In this document: piece after piece, positions 51,384-60,075 of the stretch | Layout of the letters: each line of letters opens with the position of its first letter | How positions within the stretch are numbered: position 1 is the first letter of the stretch | Program-made: the position numbers and the translations under genes | The notes under the pieces: model-generated | Told to the model about the DNA's origin: nothing | The model's database searches: none | Seen by the model: only the letters and a program-made list of their open reading frames with translations | NCBI GenBank assembly: GCA_910586985.1 | Contig: CAJUKK010000012.1 | Coordinates: forward strand, 5,377 to 69,376 | DNA from: an uncultured Christensenellaceae bacterium | Lineage (GTDB): Bacteria; Bacillota; Clostridia; Christensenellales; Borkfalkiaceae | Length of the DNA stretch: 64,000 nt | Direction: 5' to 3'

Positions 51384-53138
51384 TCAATTCGGAACGGAAA
51401 ATTGAGCGCGGTACAGTTGCGAATAAAAACCGTTTTTTTGCATGAGCTCGGAATGCGTTCCCTGCTCGATCACATTCCCCTCGTTCATGACAAGAATTCT
51501 ATCGGCGTTTTCAATGGTCGAAAGTCTGTGCGCAACGATAAAACACGTTCTGCCCGACATAAGTTTTTCAAATGCATCCTGCACCTTTTTTTCCGTACGC
51601 GTGTCGATGTTGCTCGTCGCCTCGTCCAAAATCAGCATGGGCGGACGGCAGAGCATAATGCGCGCAATGCATAACAACTGTTTTTGTCCTTCGGAAAGCG
51701 AACCCGCGCCCGAAAGCAACGTATCGTAACCGTTCGGAAGCCGTTTGATAAACGAATGCGCGTGCGCCGCCTTTGCCGCCGCAATCATTTCCTCTTCGCT
51801 TGCGGAAGGTTTTCCCATGCACAGATTTTCGCGCACGGTCGCCTCCTTCAGCCAAGTATCCTGCAACACCATACCCAGATTCTCTCTAAGAGACTTACGC
51901 GTAAGCAAACGGATATCCTTGCCGTCAACCTTAACCGCTCCGTCGTTCACGTCGTAAAAACGCATAAGAAGATTGATCAGCGTCGTTTTTCCGCATCCCG
52001 TCGGTCCGACAATTGCTATTCGTTGTCCTGCGCCGACGCTTACGCTGATATTTTGCAAAAGCGGTCTGTTTTGGTCGTAAGAAAAACTGATACGGTCGAG
52101 TTCAACCTCTCCCGTTGCCTCTTGCAAGCAACTGCAATCCGCATCCGAAGGCTGTTCCTCGGCGGAAATGAGCGCAAACAAGCGGGCGGCGCAGGCAAGC
52201 GCATTCTGAAATTCGGTGATCACTTCGGTAATCTCGTTAAACGGCTTGGTATATTGATTGGAATAGGACAAAAGCGCGGAAAGATATCCCACCGTAAAAA
52301 TGCCTCCCGTCGATATGACGGTAAATGCGCCGATAAACGCGACGGACGCGTACACAACCGAGTTGATAAAACGTGTTACGGGGTTGGTCGTTGACGAAAA
52401 GAAGATAGCGCGCAGAGAGCAACTCCTCAGTCGCTCGTTTTTTTCCGCGAACGTTTCCGCATTTTCATCTTCATGCGTATATGCCTTGACTACTTTCAGA
52501 TTTCCGATCATCTCGTCGATAAACGCCGTCTGATCTGCGCGCGTTTCCGACTGCAGGCGAAACATTTTATAAGTACGCGACGCAATGAATTTCGAGCAGA
52601 AGAGCGAAAGCGGAGTTATACAAAACACCACAAGCGCAATTTTCCACGAAAGTATAAACATGATTGCAAGCACGCCGAAAATGGTCGCAAATCCCGTAAA
52701 CAGCTGTGTAAATCCGAGCAGCAACCCTTCCGAAAACTGTTCCGCATCGCTGATAACAACGCTTGCCGTTTCCCCGTAGGCGCGGCTGTCGAGATAGGAG
52801 AGCGGAAGCACATGAATTTTGTTAAACGCATCCCGCCGCACGTCGCTCAGCACATGGTAGGCGATATGATTGTTGCTGATACTCATCAGCCATTGACAGA
52901 CGGGCGTAGCCGCCACGCACATTCCGATGATAAAGAAGATACGATAGAGCTCAGTATAATCGACGTTACCTGTGCCGACGATGCAGTCGATCGCAAGTCC
53001 CGCAAAGTACGGCACCGCCAACGTAAGCGCGACCGTTGCAAGCGACAATAATACCGTGCAGATCAGATATCCCGCATACGGTTTCAGGTAACGGAAAATA
53101 CCGCGAATCGTACCGCCCGAACTATTTTTCCTGCTCAT
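51384..53138 (-). CDS. ABC exporter, fused permease/ATPase (heterodimer partner B)
   Basis: 6-TM domain plus NBD: GPTGCGKTT, LSEGQKQL, LILDEATS. Confidence 0.9.
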   Translation of the reverse strand: MSRKNSSGGTIRGIFRYLKPYAGYLICTVLLSLATVALTLAVPYFAGLAIDCIVGTGNVDYTELYRIFFIIGMCVAATPVCQWLMSISNNHIAYHVLSDVRRDAFNKIHVLPLSYLDSRAYGETASVVISDAEQFSEGLLLGFTQLFTGFATIFGVLAIMFILSWKIALVVFCITPLSLFCSKFIASRTYKMFRLQSETRADQTAFIDEMIGNLKVVKAYTHEDENAETFAEKNERLRSCSLRAIFFSSTTNPVTRFINSVVYASVAFIGAFTVISTGGIFTVGYLSALLSYSNQYTKPFNEITEVITEFQNALACAARLFALISAEEQPSDADCSCLQEATGEVELDRISFSYDQNRPLLQNISVSVGAGQRIAIVGPTGCGKTTLINLLMRFYDVNDGAVKVDGKDIRLLTRKSLRENLGMVLQDTWLKEATVRENLCMGKPSASEEEMIAAAKAAHAHSFIKRLPNGYDTLLSGAGSLSEGQKQLLCIARIMLCRPPMLILDEATSNIDTRTEKKVQDAFEKLMSGRTCFIVAHRLSTIENADRILVMNEGNVIEQGTHSELMQKNGFYSQLYRAQFSVPN

Positions 53139-54851
53139 TTACGCGCCCTCCTTGAATTGCGAGGAGTGAATCTCACGGTAAATTTCACACGAGCGCAACA
53201 ATTCCTCATGGGTACCGGTCGCAGATATCTTACCGTCGTCAAGCACGACGATAAAATCGGCGTTCCGCACCGCAGCCGTCCGCTGCGATACGATAAACAC
53301 CGTCTTTTCGATTTCTTTGAGCGCGGCGCGCAGTCTCGCGTCCGTCGCATAATCGAGCGCGGAAGCGGAATCGTCCAGAATTAATATTTCGGGATCGCGC
53401 ACGAGGGCGCGCGCGATACAAAGTCTCTGCCGTTGCCCGCCCGAAAGATTTTTCCCTTCCTGCGCAACCTCGGCGTCCAATCCGCCTTTGGCGCGTACAA
53501 CGTCCTCAGCCTGTGCGATTTTCAATGCGCGTTCCAATTCCTGTTCATTCGCATCCTCTCTTCCCCAGAGCAAGTTGGAACGGATCGTTCCTTTGAACAA
53601 AACGGATTTCTGCGGAACAACTGCTATTTTTTCACGCAACCGGATACAGGAGACTGCATTTACGTCCTGCCCGTCTACGCGCACTTTCCCTTCGCTCGCC
53701 GCATAAAAACGGGGAATGAGACTGATCAACGTACTCTTTCCCGATCCCGTGCCTCCGATGATTCCCACCGTTTGCCCCCGTTTCACTTTAAAATCAATCG
53801 CCTGAAGCGCAGGCGCGCCGCCGTTTTCATAGCAGAACGTAACGTTTTCAAACGAAACCGCAGTTTGTTCATCCTCTTCCGCCGCACCGCTTGATAGAAT
53901 TTCTTGCTCGCCTGCCCTGTCGAGCACCGCCCCGACGCGTTTTTGGCAGGAAACGGCTTTCGTGATCGTAACGATCAGATTGGCAAGTTTGATAAGCTCG
54001 ACCAGAATTTGCGCAATATAACCGTATAGCGCAATCACGTCGCCCTGTTCGAGCGCCCCCGCATGCACGCGCAGAGCGCCCACGTAAATGAGCGCGATCA
54101 CCGCAAGATTGACTGCAACGTAAGTGAGCGGATTGGTAAGCGCGGCGATTACCCCCACCCTTTTTTGCGCTTTTTTCAGTTCGTTGCTACGCGTTTCAAA
54201 CAGCGCGCGTTCGCTTTCCTCTTTACAAAAAGCGCGCAAAACGCGAACACCGGACAAATTTTCGCGCGTGGAGAGATACACCTTGTCAAGTTTGTCCTGT
54301 ACGCGTTTATAACGCGGAATACACGCCGCCATCACCGCAAATACGACGACAGACAAAACAGGAATGACTGCAACGAACACAAGCGCCGCTTTCACGTCTA
54401 CAACGAACGCCATAATCATCGCGCCGAACACGATAAACGGCGAACGCAAAAAGAGCCTCAGCGTCATATTTACGCCCGTCTGTACCTGATTCACGTCGCT
54501 CGTCATACGCGTGATCATCGTCGACGTTCCCGTTTCGTCAATTTGCCCGTACGAAAAAGACTGCAATTTATCAAAGAGCCTGCGCCGCAGTTCGGCGCTC
54601 GCCCCGACTGCCGCGCGCGCCGCAAAAAACTGGGCGGTAAGCGAAAAAGCCAGCCCTACAACACCGAACAAAACAAGCACGAGACACATTTTCAGCACGT
54701 ACGCCCTGTCTCCCGACACAATTCCGACGTCGATAATCTGCGCAACGACGAGCGGTACGATGAGTTCGAGACTTGCTTCAAGCAATTTAAAAAGCGGCGC
54801 GAGCACAGTCTCTTTTTTATATGTTTTCAAACAGGAAAACAGATGTTTCAA
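53139..54851 (-). CDS. ABC exporter, fused permease/ATPase (heterodimer partner A)
   Basis: 6-TM domain plus NBD: GGTGSGKST, LSGGQRQR, LILDDSAS. Abuts the partner gene with no gap. Confidence 0.9.
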   Translation of the reverse strand: MKHLFSCLKTYKKETVLAPLFKLLEASLELIVPLVVAQIIDVGIVSGDRAYVLKMCLVLVLFGVVGLAFSLTAQFFAARAAVGASAELRRRLFDKLQSFSYGQIDETGTSTMITRMTSDVNQVQTGVNMTLRLFLRSPFIVFGAMIMAFVVDVKAALVFVAVIPVLSVVVFAVMAACIPRYKRVQDKLDKVYLSTRENLSGVRVLRAFCKEESERALFETRSNELKKAQKRVGVIAALTNPLTYVAVNLAVIALIYVGALRVHAGALEQGDVIALYGYIAQILVELIKLANLIVTITKAVSCQKRVGAVLDRAGEQEILSSGAAEEDEQTAVSFENVTFCYENGGAPALQAIDFKVKRGQTVGIIGGTGSGKSTLISLIPRFYAASEGKVRVDGQDVNAVSCIRLREKIAVVPQKSVLFKGTIRSNLLWGREDANEQELERALKIAQAEDVVRAKGGLDAEVAQEGKNLSGGQRQRLCIARALVRDPEILILDDSASALDYATDARLRAALKEIEKTVFIVSQRTAAVRNADFIVVLDDGKISATGTHEELLRSCEIYREIHSSQFKEGA

Positions 54852-54868
54852 AAAAACTCCTTTTGCCC

Positions 54869-55882
54869 CTATACAGGCATGACGAACAAATAAATATAGT
54901 ATGCAAGAAAACAGACGACCATTGTGATTCCCGCCGCTTTTGAAAGTTTATGACCCTTAAACAGCGCAAATACAGTTAAAAGCGCAGCCGCCCCGAATGC
55001 TACGATCGCATCCACCAAATTTCCTTCAATTGAAAACGAAAGCGGATGAAAAAGAGACGCAGCTCCCGCAACAAGTAAAATATTAAAAATATTACTGCCG
55101 ATAATGTTGCCTACGGCGATATCCGTTTCGCCCTTGACTGCCGCCACAACCGAAGTGACAAGCTCCGGAAGCGAAGTTCCGATCGCAACGACGGTAAGTC
55201 CGATGATGCGTTCGGAAACGCCGAAATACTCCGCAATATAGCGCGCAGCGTCAACGAGAAGCATTCCGCCGCCGACTACCATACCAAGTCCGACTATGGT
55301 CAAAACAATCAAAAACCACGTCTTTTTCTGCATATGAGAAAACCACGCGGATAATTTGTTTTTAGGTTTTTCAGGTTCTTTGCGTACGTCTTCCTCTATC
55401 TCCGGCAGAGGCGCGCTTTTTTTTGATTCGCGCCGCGCATTTACTACAAGCACCGTCATATAAGCTGCGATAAGAATCAGAAAGAGAATCCCGTCCCACC
55501 ATTCGAGCGCGTTCCCGAAACAGCCGAGCATAATAATAAGTCCGCTTGCAAGCAAAAGTACGGGCAGGTCAAGTATTAGGGAATTTCTTTGAACGGGAAG
55601 ATCGTGCAAAATTGCGGATATTCCCAAAATAAGCAAAATATTGACGATATTGCTACCGACGACGTTGCCGATCGCAATATCCGTAGATTGCTTGATCGCG
55701 CCCGTAACGGACACGGCAAGCTCGGGCGCGCTCGTCCCGAACGCAACGATCGTAAGTCCGATGATGAGCGTGGGAATTTTACACTTTTGCGCAATGCCCG
55801 CGCTCCCGTCAACAAACCAATCCGCGCCCTTTACAAGGAGCGCGAATCCCAATACAAGCAGAAATATCTGAAGAAACAACAT
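54869..55882 (-). CDS. CaCA-family cation/Ca2+ antiporter (YrbG-like)
   Basis: Two alpha-repeats, GTSAPELAVS and GTSLPELVTS. Start set at Met31 (MLFLQIFLLVLG) because the upstream Met codons lie inside the riboswitch-like leader. Confidence 0.8.
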   Translation of the reverse strand: MLFLQIFLLVLGFALLVKGADWFVDGSAGIAQKCKIPTLIIGLTIVAFGTSAPELAVSVTGAIKQSTDIAIGNVVGSNIVNILLILGISAILHDLPVQRNSLILDLPVLLLASGLIIMLGCFGNALEWWDGILFLILIAAYMTVLVVNARRESKKSAPLPEIEEDVRKEPEKPKNKLSAWFSHMQKKTWFLIVLTIVGLGMVVGGGMLLVDAARYIAEYFGVSERIIGLTVVAIGTSLPELVTSVVAAVKGETDIAVGNIIGSNIFNILLVAGAASLFHPLSFSIEGNLVDAIVAFGAAALLTVFALFKGHKLSKAAGITMVVCFLAYYIYLFVMPV

Positions 55883-55894
55883 ACCCTTTGACCC

Positions 55895-56018
55895 CGTTTT
55901 TGTATTGCCGAAAGTCTTGTCATTCATACGAACCGCGCGACACGGCGTTTCCGCCGGGGTATGTTGCCGCAACGTTACTTCCCCGTTTAAACGGATAAGT
56001 AAAGACTACTCCCTCTCA
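55895..56018 (-). ncRNA. yybP-ykoY (Mn2+) riboswitch-like leader, copy 2
   Basis: Minus-sense AGGGAGUAGUCU...ACAUACCCCGG...GUAUGAAUGACAAGACUU matches the blocks GGGGAGUAGUCG...ACAUAUUGCGG...GUAUGAAACGACGAGACUU of the mntP leader and the family hallmarks GGGGAGUAG and GAGAC. No clear terminator. Confidence 0.55.
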
Positions 56019-56026
56019 ACAAAAAA

Positions 56027-56055
56027 ATCTTAGCATTGCATTTGAAAAAAGTCAA
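56027..56055 (-). promoter_or_regulatory. Candidate promoter for the riboswitch-CaCA transcript
   Basis: TTGACT, a 17-nt spacer, then TAAGAT on the minus strand, about 8 nt upstream of the aptamer-like sequence. Confidence 0.45.
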
Positions 56056-56083
56056 GCGCAATCGAACCAATTCTGAATTTTGA

Positions 56084-56109
56084 TAAAAAAACGGGCGCGT
56101 CCGCGCCCG
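56084..56109 (-). terminator. Intrinsic terminator
   Basis: CGGGCGCG-GAC-GCGCCCG followed by U7 on the minus strand, just after the acyltransferase stop. Confidence 0.7.
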
Positions 56110-56113
56110 ATCG

Positions 56114-57421
56114 TTATTCGCTCTTTTTATCGTCCCGCTCCGCATGTGCGGCGCGGACTTTCTCCTGCGCGAGAAAATATATTTCTTCGGTAGCGAACGA
56201 CAGTTTGGTAAGTTGGTCGCGCTGATTCAACGGATGCAACCAATAGCTTTCGTCCCGCGTGGAAATATCCACGCAATCCCCGAAAACATTCTTTTTATAT
56301 TTATCTTTGCGGAACGGATAATCATACTCGACGTGCACGCTCTCAAGTTCAGTACCCGCCCAGAATAAATCCACCGGATCGCCGTAAGCGGTGCAAACAA
56401 GCCTCGTTCCCTCCGCCGTTTGTACGAGCTTCCCCTTTCCCTGATCGTAAAACCGTTTGGCGTTCGGCAGCGTATGTACGGCGACTTCTCCTTCGAAACG
56501 GTAACGCCCCGAACGAACTTCTTCGCGCACGTTCGATCTCTCCCATTTAAACCAATCGGGAATATGCGCAAACTCCGTCTCGCCGGCCTCGGCGGTCAGG
56601 CGCCCCAATTCGTCCATCTCCCATCCCTTGCCGCAAGCGGCGCACCAAAGGCGCGTTTTTTCGGAATACATTTTAAATTCCGCATTACAATGCGGACATT
56701 GATAGAGAATGTTATGCAATCCGTCAGCGCGGCGTTCGTATTTATTTTCGATACCGTTTTCGTACTGATACGCATAATCATCGCGCTCGAACGCCTTGCG
56801 AATACGCTCGTTTAATTCGTCTACGGAGACGAAGGCAAGCTCGTCTTTTCCCGCAATCAGCTCAAGTTCCGCTTTCAAAGGCAATTTCTGCTCTACTTTA
56901 TTCCACTGCGGCGACATGACAAAATTGCCCTGCATTCTTAAAACAACCACCGGAACATTTAAAAGCTTACACATTTTTCCGAGCGAATCGGGTAAAAACG
57001 AAGCCGTTCCGTCCAGAGAATACCGCGCTTCCGGATAGACGCAGACAATACTGCCGAGCTTATCCACACAGTATTTCATGTTGCGGATGAGATTAAAATC
57101 CTGCACGAACTTGCGCTTACAGATACTGCCGACCTTGCGCATAAGCCATTCGCCGATATCGCGCACCGCATCGATTGCGACGACGTTATTTGCATTGTAG
57201 GGAGCAACCGCGCGGTACATGACCGGAAAATCCGTCATACTCGCATGCGTTGCAAGCAACAGATAGGGCGGCTTGATCCCCTCCATCCCCTTCCTAACGA
57301 TCGTCAACTTGCGTCCCTTTAACATAGGACGAATGGCGAACAAACGCGCAACCGTCATCCAAAAAACGCTTGCTTTTTTCGGTTTCCGCGCAAAATCGTA
57401 TCTTTTAATCTTTTTTCCCAT
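56114..57421 (-). CDS. PlsC-family (lysophospholipid) acyltransferase with a C-terminal zinc-ribbon-containing extension
   Basis: Trimmed to Met14 (MGKKIKRYDF). HX4D motif THASMTD. Downstream CPHC...CAAC. Confidence 0.7.
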   Translation of the reverse strand: MGKKIKRYDFARKPKKASVFWMTVARLFAIRPMLKGRKLTIVRKGMEGIKPPYLLLATHASMTDFPVMYRAVAPYNANNVVAIDAVRDIGEWLMRKVGSICKRKFVQDFNLIRNMKYCVDKLGSIVCVYPEARYSLDGTASFLPDSLGKMCKLLNVPVVVLRMQGNFVMSPQWNKVEQKLPLKAELELIAGKDELAFVSVDELNERIRKAFERDDYAYQYENGIENKYERRADGLHNILYQCPHCNAEFKMYSEKTRLWCAACGKGWEMDELGRLTAEAGETEFAHIPDWFKWERSNVREEVRSGRYRFEGEVAVHTLPNAKRFYDQGKGKLVQTAEGTRLVCTAYGDPVDLFWAGTELESVHVEYDYPFRKDKYKKNVFGDCVDISTRDESYWLHPLNQRDQLTKLSFATEEIYFLAQEKVRAAHAERDDKKSE

Positions 57422-57498
57422 GTGCGACGCTTCCTCCCGTAATAGAAAGCAGTTTAACACCTTTGAGAATGATTGTCAAGTAAAATTACAATTTTACG

Positions 57499-58104
57499 TT
57501 ATATGAGTCCTTCGACCAAAATTTTAATTCCGATCGCGAGCAAAACGCACCCGCCGAAAATTCCCGCTTTGTCTGAAAATTTATCGCCTGCCTTTTTACC
57601 GATCCCGACTGCGGCGAACGAGAACGCAAAGGTAATCGCGCCGATTGCAAGCGCGCAGAATACGGCGTGAACGGGCAATCCTTCCGTCGTATCTACGGCA
57701 AGAAAGGTAATTCCCACGGCAAGCGCGTCGATACTCGTTGCGACAGCCTGCGCCGTGAGCGTCAGAAAACCGAGCTTTTTTTGCGGTTTAATCTCTTCCG
57801 GTTGCCCCTGCGCCCGTTTCCGCGAAATCCATTCGCGAACTCCGTCGAAAATCATCTTTCCGCCGAGTATCCCGAGCAGCACAAACGAGAGCCACGGGGC
57901 TATCTTTTCAACGAATTCCGAAAAGAAAGAACTGCCGTAATATCCGATCACGGGCATTACAAACTGAAACAGTGCGTACATGCCCGCTATTGCAAGCATT
58001 TTACAGAGTCTCATCTTCGGATCGGCAATGCCGTTCGCCATGCCGACGGCAACTGCGTCCATCGACAGAGCGGCGCCGATAAGCAGTATTTCCCAAATAC
58101 TCAT
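57499..58104 (-). CDS. mntP: Manganese efflux pump MntP
   Basis: 201 aa, 6 TM, duplicated motifs LSMDAVAVGM and SIDALAVGI. Confidence 0.88.
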   Translation of the reverse strand: MSIWEILLIGAALSMDAVAVGMANGIADPKMRLCKMLAIAGMYALFQFVMPVIGYYGSSFFSEFVEKIAPWLSFVLLGILGGKMIFDGVREWISRKRAQGQPEEIKPQKKLGFLTLTAQAVATSIDALAVGITFLAVDTTEGLPVHAVFCALAIGAITFAFSFAAVGIGKKAGDKFSDKAGIFGGCVLLAIGIKILVEGLI

Positions 58105-58120
58105 GTCGTCTCCTTTTCAA

Positions 58121-58256
58121 TAAAAAAGACTTACGCGCAAAACGTGCAAAATATGCCCTGTTTTGCGCATAAGTCTCGTCGTTTCATACAACGCCCGCGG
58201 AAAACTTCCGCAATATGTGGACGGTGTCGCTCGGATAAGCCGACTACTCCCCTATG
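58121..58256 (-). ncRNA. yybP-ykoY (Mn2+) riboswitch with terminator expression platform
   Basis: Minus-sense AUAGGGGAGUAGUCGGC...ACAUAUUGCGG...GUAUGAAACGACGAGACUUAUGC. The 3-prime strand overlaps the 5-prime arm of a 16-bp terminator (AGACUUAUGCGCAAAA / UUUUGCGCGUAAGUCU) followed by U6. A TATAAT box lies at 58265-58270. Confidence 0.75.
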
Positions 58257-58324
58257 ACTTTATCATTATATTCCAATTTCATTTGTTTGTCAATCGTTTA
58301 TCCGACACAACCGCGCCCAACGTG

Positions 58325-59668
58325 TCAATATCCGTATTTTTTTTGCATTGCCGCGAGCGAAACGAACGTTACGACCGTCGATAATACCTCCGCAAAAACG
58401 ACTGCTAGCCATACGCCTGTGATTTTCCAAAATATAGGAAGGATGAGCACCGCGCCGAGCTGAAAGACAAGCGCGCGCAAAAACGAGATTCCCGCAGAGA
58501 CCAATCCGTTGTTGAGCGCGGTAAAGAACGCCGATCCGAATACGCTGAATCCCATGAGAAGATATGCAATCGAATAAAGCAACATTCCGTCCAGCGTGAG
58601 GTCGAACACCTCGCGGTTATCGCGAACGAAAATCGCAGTAAGCGGACGACTTAATGCCTCGGCAAGACCCGTTAAGACGATTCCGAACACGAGCATGATG
58701 ATAAGACATTTTTTTCTGAGACTCTTTAATTCCTCGCGATTCTCCGCGCCGTAATGATAACCGAGCACAGGTGCAACGCCCATAGAAAATCCGAAAAAAA
58801 TGCCCATAAAGATCATATTCACATACATGATCACGCCGTATGCAATCACCCCGCCGTCGCCCGCAAAGCGCAGCAGTTGCATATTGTAGAGCATTCCGAT
58901 AATGGATGACGATATGTTCGTGAGTAACTCGGAAGAGCCGTTCGCACACGTCCTGAGCAGCGCCCTGAGTTCGAATCGCGGTCTTTTAAATTTTAACAGA
59001 CTTGAATTTTTGCGTGCGAAATAAACAATCGGCAATATTCCGCCCACAACCTGACCGATACACGTTGCCGTCGCCGCACCTGCAAGTCCCCACTTGAACG
59101 CCGCGATAAAGACTGCATCTAATATCCCGTTAACGACTCCCGCCGTAACGGTAATGAGGAATCCGAGCGTCGGCTTTTCCGCCGTAATCATAAAACTCTG
59201 GAAAGAGTATTGCAACATCAGAAACGGCAACGAACACATGCAAATCCTGCCGTAAAGAATACTGTTTTCCACCGTCTCGCGCGAGGCGTTTTTGCCGAGC
59301 AGCTCCGCAACGGGACGCATTACGGCTAATCCGACGAGGGCAAACACCACTCCGAACACAATGATTGCAATCACGAAAAACGACAAATACCGTTTCGCAC
59401 GATCCTCATCGCCCTCGCCGAGCGTCTTGGAAATGAGCGCGCTGCCACCCGAGCCGAACATCAACCCCACCGCACCCAGAATGATAATAAAAGGCATGAT
59501 GAGATTAAGCCCTGCAAACGCGTTATCCCCCACGACGTTAGACACGAATACGCCGTCTACGATTGTATAGACGGAAGTAAACACTGTCATAACGATCGAC
59601 GGCAAAGTAAAGCGCAATAATTTTTTAAAGTTGAAATGTTCCGAAAGCTGAATATGTTGCATAACCAT
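58325..59668 (-). CDS. MATE-family efflux transporter
   Basis: 447 aa, 12 predicted TM segments, typical MATE N-terminal region (LLRFTLPSIVMTVFTSVYTIVDGVFV). Confidence 0.88.
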   Translation of the reverse strand: MVMQHIQLSEHFNFKKLLRFTLPSIVMTVFTSVYTIVDGVFVSNVVGDNAFAGLNLIMPFIIILGAVGLMFGSGGSALISKTLGEGDEDRAKRYLSFFVIAIIVFGVVFALVGLAVMRPVAELLGKNASRETVENSILYGRICMCSLPFLMLQYSFQSFMITAEKPTLGFLITVTAGVVNGILDAVFIAAFKWGLAGAATATCIGQVVGGILPIVYFARKNSSLLKFKRPRFELRALLRTCANGSSELLTNISSSIIGMLYNMQLLRFAGDGGVIAYGVIMYVNMIFMGIFFGFSMGVAPVLGYHYGAENREELKSLRKKCLIIMLVFGIVLTGLAEALSRPLTAIFVRDNREVFDLTLDGMLLYSIAYLLMGFSVFGSAFFTALNNGLVSAGISFLRALVFQLGAVLILPIFWKITGVWLAVVFAEVLSTVVTFVSLAAMQKKYGY

Positions 59669-59813
59669 CCCAAAATAAAAAAACGTTCGGTTTCAAAAAA
59701 AACCGAGCGCCCTCGACATCTTCTCCGACGATCCCGACCGCGGTCGAGCGTCCTCCGATGAACCTATTAAATTGACCATGAGCAAGTATAGCAAAAACGC
59801 ATCGACTTGTCAA
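59669..59813 (-). promoter_or_regulatory. Promoter plus ~110-nt structured leader of the MATE gene (candidate riboswitch or attenuator)
   Basis: TTGACA, a 17-nt spacer, then TATACT (59785-59813). The leader has a duplicated UCGGAG(G/A)A flanking a GACG..CGACC-GC-GGUCG..CGUC hairpin, then CGAG-GGCG-CUCG followed by GU8. Confidence 0.4.
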
Positions 59814-59826
59814 TGATTAAAAATGA

Positions 59827-60075
59827 TTATCTTAAAATTTTTTCGATACGCTTTATGCGGTTCATCGGCACGGGTGCGCACTGATTGGAAACGTTTTCTT
59901 CCACCTTTAAAACAACGCCCTCGCGCAATTTTCCGCCAACGGGAACGAGCACGCGATCGCCGATCGAAACTTTTTCCTCTGCAAGATACCACCATGGCGC
60001 GCCGTCCGTCTCAACCTTGGCAAATGTATAATAACCGTTGTCCGATATCACGCCTCCGCTTAATGAATGAATCAT
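59827..60075 (-). CDS. Small conserved hypothetical protein (WYL..GDRVLVPVG domain)
   Basis: ORF 59827..60303 trimmed to Met77 (MIHSLSGG), preceded by AAGGAG. 82 aa. Paralogous to the N-terminal domain of 3650..4465. Confidence 0.6.
   Translation of the reverse strand: MIHSLSGGVISDNGYYTFAKVETDGAPWWYLAEEKVSIGDRVLVPVGGKLREGVVLKVEENVSNQCAPVPMNRIKRIEKILR

Noticed and set aside
50376-51674. 432-aa plus-strand ORF spanning the ClC gene and the start of the ABC exporter
   Set aside because: It is antisense to two well-supported genes and crosses their intergenic region. The product is extremely R/K/H-rich low-complexity sequence. Treated as an artefact.
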